The notes beneath the pieces are model-generated. The model did no database searches. It worked only from the letters and a program-made list of their open reading frames with translations, and was not told the DNA's origin. The translations under genes and the position numbers were made by a program. A DNA stretch of 64,000 nt from an uncultured Bacteroidales bacterium (GTDB lineage Bacteria; Bacteroidota; Bacteroidia; Bacteroidales; UBA10428), in assembly GCA_963752195.1 (NCBI GenBank), contig CAVVXI010000001.1:49735-113734 (forward strand), written 5' to 3'. Positions 27,412 to 37,670 of the stretch are shown here, piece by piece; within the stretch, counting starts at the first letter, position 1, and the number at the start of each line of letters is the position of its first letter.

Positions 27412-27957
27412 ATGCTATACAAGACCGGTGAAACACAGATCGTGGAATCGTTTATGCGGTATTTGGCAAAACAGCTCGAAGTTGTTTCACGGACAATGAA
27501 ATTATCGACAGAACTTAACGCATCTGCCGATCCTGATCATATACGGAAGTTACTTGGTGAGATAATCCGAATCCAAATTGACGCAAGCACAACAGTTTTT
27601 GCACCGTTTTACATCAATCTGGGGATTTTTACACGCATTGGTAAAAATGTTTTTATAAATGCGGCCTGTTCATTTCTTGACATGGGGGGAATAACCATTG
27701 AAGATGATGTATTGATAGGGCCTAAAGTGAATCTTATAACAGAAAGTCACCCGCTGGATCCGGCAGAACGCAAGAAGCTAATAGCTAAACCTATTGTGAT
27801 TAAACGAAATTCCTGGATTGGAGCAGGTGTAACAATTCTGCCAGGTGTGACCGTAGGTGAAAATTCCGTTATAGCAGCGGGTGCAGTAGTAAACAAAGTT
27901 GTACCTGACAATACCCTTGTAGCAGGAATTCCGGCAAAAGTGATAAGGCAAATTTGA
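27412..27957 (+). CDS. Sugar O-acetyltransferase (maltose/galactoside acetyltransferase-like, left-handed beta-helix)
   Basis: Hexapeptide-repeat region IGKNVFINAACSFLDMGGITIEDDVLIGPKVNLIT..HP...R...PIVIKRNSWIGAGVTILPGVTVGENSVIAAGAVV...VAGIPAKVIR. Confidence 0.85.
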   Translation: MLYKTGETQIVESFMRYLAKQLEVVSRTMKLSTELNASADPDHIRKLLGEIIRIQIDASTTVFAPFYINLGIFTRIGKNVFINAACSFLDMGGITIEDDVLIGPKVNLITESHPLDPAERKKLIAKPIVIKRNSWIGAGVTILPGVTVGENSVIAAGAVVNKVVPDNTLVAGIPAKVIRQI

Positions 27958-27979
27958 GATCTTCTAACTTAAAACTGAT

Positions 27980-28144
27980 ATGATGAAAAGGACTAGAAAA
28001 GAAATGGCAACATGGACAAAAGAAGAAATTCAAAAGATTGCCGGAACAGATGATTTGCATATTTCTCCGTTCCGCAGCGATGGAAAGACTTATAGCACAG
28101 CTACTGTAAGGATCACACCATGTGAGGCTATTGAAAATCAGTAA
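27980..28144 (+). pseudogene. Short ORF resembling the N-terminus of a DUF2255-type protein (probably truncated)
   Basis: 54 aa, not in the ORF track. WTKEEIQKIAGTDDLHISPFRSDGKTY resembles the DUF2255 N-terminal motif as I recall it. The remainder of the domain is absent. Confidence 0.3.
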
Positions 28145-28165
28145 AATTATTTTAAAACAAAGCAG

Positions 28166-28645
28166 ATGAACTTAAAGCAATTAATCAGAATATTACCCCC
28201 AATATTAGCTGTAAATCTGCTGGTAGCCGGGTGTAATGAAAACATGAATACTGCTGACAATTTTCAGCACAGAAAAGGACAACCGGGGCCGCCTGAACAT
28301 TTCACCGGAAAGGTGTGGGTAACAGGAATGGTGGATAATGATTCAGTCTTAACCACCATAGCCGGAGAAGTATTCTTTGAAGCCGGGGCAAGATCAAACT
28401 GGCATTTACACCCAGGTGGCCAGATACTCATTATAACTTCCGGCGTAGGGTACCACCAGATAAAAGGACAACCCATTGAAATTATCAGGAAAGGAGATGT
28501 TGTAAAATGCCCTCCTAATGTTCCTCACTGGCATGGAGCATCTGCTGACAGCAGTATGTCGCACATTTACATTATACCCAATACTGAAAAAGGTATTGTA
28601 GAATGGAAAGAAGCTGTTTCTGATGCAGAATACCGGAATTTTTAA
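28166..28645 (+). CDS. Cupin-domain lipoprotein
   Basis: Lipobox LLVAGC. Cupin motifs are NWHLHPGGQILIITSGVGY and PPNVPHWHGA. Confidence 0.8.
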   Translation: MNLKQLIRILPPILAVNLLVAGCNENMNTADNFQHRKGQPGPPEHFTGKVWVTGMVDNDSVLTTIAGEVFFEAGARSNWHLHPGGQILIITSGVGYHQIKGQPIEIIRKGDVVKCPPNVPHWHGASADSSMSHIYIIPNTEKGIVEWKEAVSDAEYRNF

Positions 28646-28700
28646 AATGGAAGGAAACTTTAATTTTTAAAGCAAAGGATTTATAATAGGAGAAATAAGT

Positions 28701-29039
28701 ATGATATTAAATGAAAATTTTACGCTTTCTAATGGAGTTCAGATTCCTAATTAGGACTTGGAACATGGTTCATTATTGATAAAGATGCCGCACAGGCAGT
28801 AAAGGATGCTGTTAAACTCGGTTACCGGCATATTGATACAGCCCAGGCATACCAGAATGAAAGAGGTGTTGGGGAAGGTATCAGAGCTTGCGGAGCGGCA
28901 AGAAGAAATATTTGTAACCACAAAACTTGCTGCTGAAATAAAGTCTTACAGCCAAGCGGTCACATCCATAGATAAATCTCTTGAGATATTGGGGCTTAAA
29001 TATATTGACATGATGATTATTCATAGCCCCAAACCCTGA
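28701..29039 (+). pseudogene. Aldo/keto reductase (DkgA-like) N-terminal part, frameshifted and truncated
   Basis: [17 protein letters not shown] then hits a stop where LGLGTW continues in another frame (a 1-nt loss in aat-tta). [21 protein letters not shown] follows, then a second shift to EEIFVTTKL...LGLKYIDMMIIHSPKP and a stop. The C-terminal ~170 aa are absent. Confidence 0.8.
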
Positions 29040-29096
29040 ATGAAAATCCATGAAAGTAATACGAAGAAGGTATCGCATCGGATTTCTCATTTTTTT

Positions 29097-30632
29097 TCAA
29101 TTTTTAGCCGGATCAAATTCGTAAAGAGTATTCCGGTAATCCGGATCGTCCTGGAAGTACTGCAGCCCGAATCCGATATATCCCTTGTTGTTTAGGGAAA
29201 AAGCTACACAGGCTTGCATTTCCGCAGGACAGGAGTTCATTTTCTTCCATGTGTTTCCGGAAGGGTCAAATTCCCAGAAATCCGCGAACGAGTGGCCGCT
29301 GTTGTCTCCTCCCATTCCCAGGTAGCCCTTGTTGTTGAGGACAAAACCGTTTATATAAATAAAGCCGGTGCCCGGGTAATCTCCTATACCTGTCCAGGTG
29401 TCGCTGATCGCATCATATTTGTACATGCTCATTTGCGGCCATCCCGTTGCTCCGATACCCATGTATCCATTGGTACCGATCGAAAATGCATAGGCAAGTT
29501 GCCGGTCGCTGCCCGGGAAATCCTTTTTTCTTGTCCATTTATCCGTTGACGGGTCATATTCCCACATATCTTTGAGGTAGTACCAGTACCCATAGGGATC
29601 AACATAGTGGCCTGCTGCAAAATATCCCTTGCTGCCAATGCTGAAAGCCGTCGCCGCACTACGGTTCAGTCCCGGAAAATCGGCTTTCCGGGTCCACCGG
29701 TCCAAGTCAGGGTCGTACTCCCATAGTTCGGTTATTGTGCTGATGCCCGGATAGTTGTTTGATCCATTGCTGATAATTGCATATCCCTTGTTTCCGGAAG
29801 TAAAGCATTTCGGTTCCACATCGAGCCCATGGGGAAAATCCCTTTTCCGGACAAAATACTCCGTTGCCGGATCATATTCCCAGAGTTCCGTATGGCCGTA
29901 TCCCAGCCCGATAAAAGCCTTGCCACCTACTGAAAAACCGGTGATCCCGTTATACCCGCCATTGAAATCCTTCATTTTCTTCCAGGGATACCATACGCTA
30001 AACGGTTTTTCAGTCAACACTTTCATTTCGGCCACTTCGAGGGATATCGGCAAATCTGAGGATTCCATGACTTCCGGAACTTTTACATAGAGCCTGTCGT
30101 CCGTCACAGAATCCACAACGGCCCTTATACCCCCTATTTTTACCATATTCCCGGATCCTGATACTGCGAAATTTTTTCCTTCAATGACCACCCGGGTACC
30201 TATCGGGCCGGATTCAGGACTGAAACCTGCAATTTGAGGCGGGGAACTTCCCTGGCACTCGAAGTACCTTGCGTTTCCATAAACCTCGAATTCATCGGTC
30301 ACCACATAAGCCCTCACCGCATAGCTAGCACCTTTGATCAGTCCGCCGGTGACTTCATAGGAATAGGTTCCCTTTCCGGGATCGGCACTGAATATTTTAT
30401 TGTCGCTGCTGATGGTAGGTTTTCCGAAGTCGTTGCTCCATACAAATCCGTACTGCACAATTTTGCCATCCCCAGGTTGCAGGATGTCGGCGGAAAAGGT
30501 AACGCCCCCCGGTGTAACCACCGGTTCAGCCGTGATTACATAAGGATAGAATTTGGGAAGTACCTCAGCATCTTTCTTACAGCTGACGGAAAGCGCCAGG
30601 AAAAAAAGAGTCAGTGAAAGTGTTTTTTTCAT
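29097..30632 (-). CDS. Lipoprotein with IPT/TIG domain and Kelch-like beta-propeller
   Basis: The preferred start MKKTLSLTLFFLALSVSC (lipobox) is at 30632 and overlaps the upstream stop by 4 nt. The IPT/TIG-like segment is PPQIAGFSPESGPIGTRVVIEGKNF. There are six repeats of the type LWEYDPxxDxWTRKxDFPG. Confidence 0.7.
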   Translation of the reverse strand: MKKTLSLTLFFLALSVSCKKDAEVLPKFYPYVITAEPVVTPGGVTFSADILQPGDGKIVQYGFVWSNDFGKPTISSDNKIFSADPGKGTYSYEVTGGLIKGASYAVRAYVVTDEFEVYGNARYFECQGSSPPQIAGFSPESGPIGTRVVIEGKNFAVSGSGNMVKIGGIRAVVDSVTDDRLYVKVPEVMESSDLPISLEVAEMKVLTEKPFSVWYPWKKMKDFNGGYNGITGFSVGGKAFIGLGYGHTELWEYDPATEYFVRKRDFPHGLDVEPKCFTSGNKGYAIISNGSNNYPGISTITELWEYDPDLDRWTRKADFPGLNRSAATAFSIGSKGYFAAGHYVDPYGYWYYLKDMWEYDPSTDKWTRKKDFPGSDRQLAYAFSIGTNGYMGIGATGWPQMSMYKYDAISDTWTGIGDYPGTGFIYINGFVLNNKGYLGMGGDNSGHSFADFWEFDPSGNTWKKMNSCPAEMQACVAFSLNNKGYIGFGLQYFQDDPDYRNTLYEFDPAKN

Positions 30633-32179
30633 GGTGTGAGACGGTAAAGTTTCGGGTCGTTCAGGCCGGAATAACCCAGCCCTGTAACCAGGCAGTTTTG
30701 AAAGGAGACGACAAACCCTGTAATGCTCCATGAAGGGATAAATGATTCCAGTTCCCATGTTTTGGCCTGGATATCATAAGCCCAGCAATCAGAAAGAGAA
30801 AGACCGTTGTAATCTTCTGATCCGGCAAGGTATATTTTATTACCAAGGGACGCCAGGTTGGCCCGGTACCTGTAGGGACCCGGAAAAGTACTCATCAGCG
30901 ACCAGGTATCTGTTGCGGGATCATAACTCCGGAACTTATTGTCAAACGAATACACATACGCCAGGTTTCCGGCCGTGCAGGAGATCATGTAAGGATAGGG
31001 ATTGTCAATCGGGAGGTCCCTGAGCCGGCTCCATTTTCGGGTGGACAGGTCATAGGACCAGAAATCATAACATGTTGTTGTGGACACATCCTGGCCAGAT
31101 CTTCCACCGCCCGCAAAAAACTTTCCCAGCAGCATAAAGCATGCAGGGTGATCCCCTTTTCCGGGGCAGGTAGTGACCCGTTGCCAGGAGTCGTGTGACA
31201 GGTCGTATTTCCATAGAACCGTGGAATCGTTTTTACTGCCATCGGCCGATGCCACATACCATGCACCCTGGTATCCCATGCTTGCGCTGAATATTTCATT
31301 GTTTTGAACCGGGAAGTCATTGAGGGCGTACCATTCATCGAGGGTGAAGTTATATTTCCACACCTTCGGTATCCAGTCGTAAAAAGAAGAATACCGGCCA
31401 CCCGTGAGGTACAGGTTATCTTCATCCGTATAGGTGCTGTATTCGTATTTTTCAGAACCGGGAAAAGTGGAATTGATCAGCGTCCAGTGATCTTTCATGA
31501 CTTCGATGCGCTCTTTGGCCTTGAATTCTAAGCTGTCAATATACAGGTAAACATCATAAATCCCTTCGCTCACCTGATCGTTCAGGTAAACCCACCCTCC
31601 CGCTTGTGAACCGTTCCCCGAAAAATACCGGGGATAAATATCATGCAGAAGGGGAATAGACCTGTTCAGTTTTACTTCAACTGATTTTACCGGGTAGTAG
31701 CTGGTATAATCTATGATAAGCGAAAAATGCTGATTATTGCTCAATTTGAGGGCAATGTTCTGTGCAGGATCGGCAAACCGGCTATCCGGCCAGATGGAGG
31801 CATCAAAAGATACAGGCTTTGAATTGATTACTGCTTCGCTTGTTGTCACCGGTTTATTGCCCTTCATCAGCATGGCCCTGACCCTGAAATTGTGGTTCAG
31901 TTTTTTGATGGTATACAGGAAGGTATCCGTCTGCCGGTAATTTCTCATCAGGTCCGGTGTGAAAACCACTTCCTCGACGGAGGATTCCGTCAGATCTTCA
32001 AACGTGACTACAGGATTCAGTCCCATGTCGTGGATCTCTGAAATGATGACCACTTCAAAAGTGCACAGGGCAACCTTTTGAACAGAGACAATTTCAATAG
32101 TGCTTATCTCGGGTTCCTCTTTTTTACAACCGGAGAATAGCAGGGGAAGGGCGACAAAAGCTACATGAAAAATCCTCAT
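30629..32179 (-). CDS. Lipoprotein with Kelch-like beta-propeller
   Basis: Lipobox LLFSGC. The C-terminal half has repeats such as VWKYNFTLDEWYALNDFP, LWKYDLSHDSWQRVTTCPG, FWSYDLSTRKWSRLRDLP and RSYDPATDTWSLMSTFPG. Confidence 0.6.
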   Translation of the reverse strand: MRIFHVAFVALPLLFSGCKKEEPEISTIEIVSVQKVALCTFEVVIISEIHDMGLNPVVTFEDLTESSVEEVVFTPDLMRNYRQTDTFLYTIKKLNHNFRVRAMLMKGNKPVTTSEAVINSKPVSFDASIWPDSRFADPAQNIALKLSNNQHFSLIIDYTSYYPVKSVEVKLNRSIPLLHDIYPRYFSGNGSQAGGWVYLNDQVSEGIYDVYLYIDSLEFKAKERIEVMKDHWTLINSTFPGSEKYEYSTYTDEDNLYLTGGRYSSFYDWIPKVWKYNFTLDEWYALNDFPVQNNEIFSASMGYQGAWYVASADGSKNDSTVLWKYDLSHDSWQRVTTCPGKGDHPACFMLLGKFFAGGGRSGQDVSTTTCYDFWSYDLSTRKWSRLRDLPIDNPYPYMISCTAGNLAYVYSFDNKFRSYDPATDTWSLMSTFPGPYRYRANLASLGNKIYLAGSEDYNGLSLSDCWAYDIQAKTWELESFIPSWSITGFVVSFQNCLVTGLGYSGLNDPKLYRLTP

Positions 32180-32193
32180 AAAATGTGCATTTT

Positions 32194-33336
32194 TCAGAAG
32201 TTTATCCCTGTTGTTACAAGGAATTCGGAGAAAATCATGGACTTCGGATCAGACAATCCATACAGCCTGTAAAACCGGCAATCAATAAAAATACGTCTCC
32301 TGAAGTCGAGTTTGTATTCTAACCCGCAGCCTATGGAAGGACCTCCCATAAATGCTGCAATGAGCGAATTGTCACTTCCGTCCGCTATTTCTATCAGATT
32401 ATGGTCAACAGTGGCCTCCCACAGGTTATTTTCATTTTTGAAATTCCAGCCCAGGTAACCGCCGGCATTTACATAAGGCCTTAATTTTACGGAAGGATAT
32501 GAATATCGCAACAGCAGTGGCATTCCCACGGAATAAACATTGGCGACAAAATCATAATCGCGGTCGGCGATAATTTCGGAATAGGTTAACGCGTATTTAT
32601 TATAAGTGAGCTCAAGGTGCATTGAAAAATCACTCATGAAAAGTGGCATATCGGCAAATAGTCCGAATACAAACCTGCTCTCGTAGCCGAAAAAGAATTC
32701 ATCCAGTTGATCATTGTGCAGCATTGACGGATCCAGGGTTGTCCATCCGAAACCGGCAAGTACCCCCAGCTTAAGAAAGGGTAACGGTTTGGGTTTACAC
32801 TGGTTGTAAATCCGGAATAACTTCTGCATGGAGGATTTGTTATAACTCACCACCCGGATGTCGTCAGCAACTCCGGGACAATCAGCGGTAATGCCGGCTA
32901 GCCGGTCCCTGAAATAACTACTGTCAGGGGCATCTTTATTTTCCGGCAATTCAATCCATTGCGTACTGTCTTTCGCTATATAAAATGTTTTAATGTTGTT
33001 TTCGCGCTGGTAATAAAGAGTCTGTTTCCCTGTAGAAAGCCGCAACAGGAAAACGCGATAAATGGAATCGGAAATCCGGACATTTTTGGAAACGTATACC
33101 CTGCCGTCACTGAATCCATATTCATCAATATCATAGGGTGTCAGGCGAAGCTCCGTCTTTCCTTTTTTTACCTGGCAAATCCGTGAATTCAATTTATCCC
33201 CTTTGTCGGCTATTTTTACGCCCATCGATTTAAAACCTTTTCCTTCATAATAGCCACGTTGGGCATAACTGCTGAATGGGAGGGTACAAAAAAAGAGGAA
33301 GGTAAATATGTTCCGTAATGACATATTTTGAAACAT
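32194..33336 (-). CDS. Outer-membrane protein: N-terminal soluble domain plus C-terminal beta-barrel
   Basis: Signal peptide FFCTLPFSSYAQ. The C-terminal ~190 aa have an alternating hydrophobic strand pattern ending ...LVTTGINF (terminal aromatic). It is the first gene of the three-gene operon. Confidence 0.55.
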   Translation of the reverse strand: MFQNMSLRNIFTFLFFCTLPFSSYAQRGYYEGKGFKSMGVKIADKGDKLNSRICQVKKGKTELRLTPYDIDEYGFSDGRVYVSKNVRISDSIYRVFLLRLSTGKQTLYYQRENNIKTFYIAKDSTQWIELPENKDAPDSSYFRDRLAGITADCPGVADDIRVVSYNKSSMQKLFRIYNQCKPKPLPFLKLGVLAGFGWTTLDPSMLHNDQLDEFFFGYESRFVFGLFADMPLFMSDFSMHLELTYNKYALTYSEIIADRDYDFVANVYSVGMPLLLRYSYPSVKLRPYVNAGGYLGWNFKNENNLWEATVDHNLIEIADGSDNSLIAAFMGGPSIGCGLEYKLDFRRRIFIDCRFYRLYGLSDPKSMIFSEFLVTTGINF

Positions 33337-33455
33337 TAATGACGCGCTATGTGAATATCTGTATGTAAAGAACAGGATGAATTTACTATCTTTTTCTTAA
33401 ATACAGTCATTGTTTGAATTTTAAGTATTCAGGTTTAAAAAGAATTTATGTTAAG

Positions 33456-33764
33456 CTATAAAATAGGAGTAAAATAAATATATGCAGGCATGCTCATTCC
33501 TTCACCCTCACTTTTTTCATCCGTGTTTGCATTGACCACGGGTATATACATCAGTGAAACCTGGGCGGGGTTTACATAATAATTGCCGGTAAACCGGGGT
33601 AAAAGATGAATATTAAACACATAGGTGCCTGGTCTCATTTTTTCACAGAAGATCACTGCCTTTTCCTTGAAATATTCCCGGTGCGATTCAACCGGGTTCT
33701 CTCCCTGCCTCTTATCTGAGTAACTGCAGGCTCCGGGGACAGGTATTTCAATCATTACATGCAC
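33456..33764 (-). pseudogene. C-terminal fragment of a large alpha-2-macroglobulin-like protein (tentative)
   Basis: IEIPVPGACSY...HREYFKEKAVIFCEKMRPGTYVFNIHLLPRFTGNYYVNPAQVSLMYIPV resembles the C-terminal domain of bacterial A2M/MG-domain proteins as I recall it. No upstream body is present, and an IS relic is adjacent. Confidence 0.4.
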
Positions 33765-33974
33765 AACCGGGATATCTTTCCTGAAATCCCCCCTGAGAAT
33801 AGGTTCGTTAAACTGAAATAGCTGTGTTTAAATCCCGGCTTTAGGAAAATTATTTTTTTATATATCCCTTTTTCTGGAGTGAGTATTTGATGGCAGCGAT
33901 AATCTGATCCAACGTTTTATCCAGTTCAAATAAAGCTATTTCCTCATATACTTCCAGAATTTGTCTCCCATCTT

Positions 33975-35030
33975 GCTGGTCATGCTAAAATAATTTATGA
34001 GTGTCGGAAAAGATAAACAAAAGAATTATCTTATTGGAAACAAAAATGACATGAATCTAATCAATTTCATAGAGAGCTTTCCCGACGAAGCCTCGTGCAG
34101 GAAGAAATTCAAAGAGATCCGAGACAAAGAAGGTGTTACGTGCAGAAAATGTGGTGGCAAAGATCATTATTGGCAGGCTACCATAGAGCAATATCAATGC
34201 AAAGCATGTAAAACCAGGACAACACTTCGAAGTGGGACCGTAATGCAAGCCAGTAAATTATCTTTCAGATATTGGTTTATTGCGATGCACTTACTGACAG
34301 GGACAAAGAAAACATTTTCGGCACTTGAACTACAGCGACAAATAGGGCACAAGTTCTATGAACCTATTTGGTATATGTTACAGAAATTAAGGACAACCAT
34401 GGGCCTGAGAGATCGAAATTATGCGATTAATAAAATAGTTGAACTTGATGAAGGCTTTTTTGAAAGCGTTGATACAGAAAAAGAAAAGGAAGATAAGGAT
34501 GAAAAAAGGAAACGTGGCAGGGGAAGTCAGAAACAGAGCACTGTTATGGTAATGGCTTCCACGATCCATGATTTTAATACCAGGAAAAAGCACAATAAGC
34601 CAACTAAATTCAGGTATGTCAGGATGCTGGTAGTCGATAATCTGAAAAGTCAAACCGTTGAACAAAAGGTAAAGGAAAACATTAGCCCTGATTCAGTTGT
34701 GAAGACAGATAATTATAGTAGCTATTCAAAGGTGAAGGATAATGTTTGGTGTCATATTGCCCAGACTGGTAAAGCCCACTGATGCTGGAAAAGTGTTGCC
34801 TTGGGTTCATACGATGATAAGTAATGCAAAACGGACATTATTAGGCGCACATCACATGGTATCAAAGAAATATGTTCAAAATTATCTGGATGAATTTTGC
34901 TATAAAGTAAACAGAAGATATTTTGGTGAAGAATTGTTTGACAGGTTATTAATAGCCTGTGTATACTATAAATTACAAAACATTGTTAAAGATTACCGAT
35001 AGTCATAAAATAATTAATATCTTACATGCC
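33975..35030 (+). mobile_element. IS1595-family element (approximate boundaries)
   Basis: It encloses the transposase pseudogene. Only weak terminal inverted similarity is visible (ggtcatgctaaaataattta versus the reverse complement of taattaatatcttacatgcc), so the ends are uncertain. Confidence 0.45.
33997..35002 (+). pseudogene. IS1595-family transposase, single frameshift
   Basis: The N-terminal zinc-ribbon is CRKCGGKDHYWQATIEQYQCKACKTRTTLRSGTVMQASKLSFRYWF. The C-terminal part, LPWVHTMISNAKRTLLGAHHMV..YVQNYLDEFCYKVNRR, is in a second frame (34742-35002). The frames switch near 34750-34790. Confidence 0.8.
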
Positions 35031-35839
35031 AGGTTCGATTAACGTTTCATCTTTCTACGAAGTGGCCACCTGCACTGATTTTCACAGCTGTGCCATGAGC
35101 ATACGTTTGACAATTGCCAACTCTGATAAATTGATGCTGTGCCTGACGGAGAAGATGTTGTAATCCAAAAATCGAAAGTCTGAGTTCATTAACTTCTAAA
35201 TATAAGTCATTCCCCAAGCCAATTTCCCTGAATGTTGTATTTTTCGCTTGTCTGGGCATAGGAATTCCCAGATAAGAATATTATGAAAGAAATAATAAGG
35301 TTGACGCAGAATATACCGGATCGCAGTTTCATAACAAAAGACATTATTTAGCCTGACAAGATATCATAAAAAAATATCGATGCCAAATTTGTGCTATAGA
35401 AAATAGTTCTTCAACGGACCTGCAATAAAGATTTCTTTATGGTTTTCAATGTCAATTGAGAGCATGACTGTAGGATTTATTACACCAGATGTTGCTATTG
35501 CTGACCTTATTCATAAGATGGACGATTACGACAGTAAAAATAAAGCCTCCTGTTACGGAGTCGCTACAATTTGCAAATGAACGGGCAATGAAATGAGACT
35601 AATGGCTAATTTATTCAACATGGAGTGATTCTTCATACTTTTTTTGATGCCGTTATGGATACTCGTTTTTTATATTATTTTTGATGTAGAATATCCTGCA
35701 TAATCAAGTATCAGGTTATCCAATGCATTATTGACCGGTTTCCGAAGGTTAATGTTGACGCTCAAAAATTTGAAAGTCAACAAACAGTTTGTTTACTTTT
35801 TAGACTATTCCTGTTGTGGGTGGTTAAAGCTTCCGGTTT

Positions 35840-36385
35840 ATGAAGGTTGCAGATGAAAAAAAACTTATACTGTTGCTTAGGGAATCTGATGTGAAGGCTT
35901 TTGATACCCTTTTCACACGATATCACGATAAGGTTCTTGGGTTTTGTTATCAAGTTACCGGTTCCAAAGAAGAATCTGAAGAAATAGGACAAACGGTCTT
36001 TCTGGCAATCTGGGAGAACAGGCACATTATTGATGAAGAGAGGCCAATTGAGACTTATATATTTTCCATTGCACGTCATCATCTTTATAATGCGATAAAA
36101 CGAAAAGCGTTTCGAAAGGCACTGGATATAAAAATTGAAAACACTTTTGTTGATTACGAATGTGATCTGGAAGATCAATTGTATTATAAAGAAATAAACA
36201 ACACCTTACAAAAAATAATTGACTCGCTTCCCCCCAAACGAAAAGAAATATTTTTATTAAGTCGGAATGAAGGCCTTTCCTATAAGCAAATTGCTGAAGT
36301 TCTAAATATTTCTGAAAATACCGTCGACACTCAAATCCGGAATGCTCTGGATTATATCCGGCCATTGATGCGAAAATTTTTATAA
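35840..36385 (+). CDS. ECF-type RNA polymerase sigma-70 factor (PUL-associated)
   Basis: The region 2 segment is FDTLFTRYHDKVLGFCY. The region 4 HTH is LLSRNEGLSYKQIAEVLNISENTVDTQIRNAL. Confidence 0.9.
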   Translation: MKVADEKKLILLLRESDVKAFDTLFTRYHDKVLGFCYQVTGSKEESEEIGQTVFLAIWENRHIIDEERPIETYIFSIARHHLYNAIKRKAFRKALDIKIENTFVDYECDLEDQLYYKEINNTLQKIIDSLPPKRKEIFLLSRNEGLSYKQIAEVLNISENTVDTQIRNALDYIRPLMRKFL

Positions 36386-36450
36386 AAAAATGATCTTCTT
36401 CTTCACGGAACTTTTCTTCCCGATTTAATACAATAAACACAACAAGAACA

Positions 36451-37542
36451 ATGAATAATAAATCAAAAATAACACAGCTGTTATTTAAACTCAAAGAAAA
36501 CTCCATAACACCTGAAGAATTGGGTGAGCTGTTGCATTTTTTGAAAAACCCAGAACTTCAACTGGATGAATATCTTAAAGATGCATGGGAAAGTGCACAA
36601 CCTTATGATGGAATGGCATCTTCAGAAGCAATGCTTGAAAAAATACATTCCCGGTTATATAATGGGGTTAAAGCGCCTGACTTAAACATTGAAAAGGTAA
36701 ATCCTTATCGGGTTGGCATTAGATCATTTTTGAAATATGCTGCAGTGTTTATACTCGCCCTGGGCATGTTCTGGATGGGCAATAGTTTATTTTTCAGGCA
36801 AAAATCAATACAGCACGGCGTTTCCCGAATGAATGAAATTTCGGTTGAATATGGATCAAAATCGCGCATTGTTTTGCCGGACGGTTCAGTTGTTAACCTG
36901 AACTCAGGCAGCCTTTTGAAATACAGCTCAGATTTCGAAAATGACCGGAAGGTTTACATTGAAGGAGAAGCATTTTTTGATGTAAAGAAGGACCCGCGTC
37001 ATCCCTTTCTGGTACAGACCTCCGGAATTGCCATCCGTGTGCTGGGCACGGTATTTAATGTGAAGAGTTATCCTGAAGAGAAAACCATCGAGACTACGCT
37101 GGTTTCAGGTTCAGTTCAGATCCTGGTCAAATCCGGAAGTTCTAAAAATGAATTTAAAACATTAACTGTTCTCAAACCAAACCAAAAGGCAATTTTTTAT
37201 AAAAAGTCCTTGACAGCTGAAAGAGAATCCGCTGATCAAAAAACAGAGGTTAATAAATTGGAAAGGGAAACCATACAGGTTCAGGGGGAAATCAAAACAG
37301 AGCTTTATACAGCGTGGAAGGATAACAACCTTGTATTTAACAATGAACAATTCGGTAATCTGGTTCCCAAGCTTGAAAGATGGTTTAATATAAAAATAGA
37401 AAACAATTTTCCCGAATTAAATGATAGCCGCCTAACGGGGAAATTTGATACGGAAACTATCGAACAGGCACTGGAGGCATTGCGGATTATTACTCCGTTC
37501 CATTATTCCATCGAAAAAAATAAAATTATCATTTACAAATAA
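36451..37542 (+). CDS. FecR-family anti-sigma factor
   Basis: It has a single TM (AAVFILALGMFWM). FecR domain motifs are LPDGSVVNLNSGSLLKY and GEAFFDVKKDPRHPFLVQT. It directly follows the ECF sigma gene. Confidence 0.9.
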   Translation: MNNKSKITQLLFKLKENSITPEELGELLHFLKNPELQLDEYLKDAWESAQPYDGMASSEAMLEKIHSRLYNGVKAPDLNIEKVNPYRVGIRSFLKYAAVFILALGMFWMGNSLFFRQKSIQHGVSRMNEISVEYGSKSRIVLPDGSVVNLNSGSLLKYSSDFENDRKVYIEGEAFFDVKKDPRHPFLVQTSGIAIRVLGTVFNVKSYPEEKTIETTLVSGSVQILVKSGSSKNEFKTLTVLKPNQKAIFYKKSLTAERESADQKTEVNKLERETIQVQGEIKTELYTAWKDNNLVFNNEQFGNLVPKLERWFNIKIENNFPELNDSRLTGKFDTETIEQALEALRIITPFHYSIEKNKIIIYK

Positions 37543-37670
37543 CCCTATCGTCAAACTAATCTGCTACGTGCCTATGAAGTAAAAAAGTAAAAAAAACGGG
37601 GAATGGTCTCAACATCCCCCGCTTCAAGCTTGTGTTAAAAATTTACTAAACTATTAACGATTACAAATTT

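Noticed and set aside
35047-35259. Listed 70-aa minus-strand ORF, and the small plus-strand ORFs between the IS1595 relic and the ECF sigma gene
   Set aside because: There is no recognisable motif, no signal peptide and no partner genes. The region looks like eroded non-coding DNA.
37543-37670. Small hairpin (cgggga-N12-tccccg) between the anti-sigma and SusC genes as an attenuator or riboswitch
   Set aside because: It is only a 6-bp stem with no T-run and no recognisable riboswitch consensus, which is insufficient evidence.
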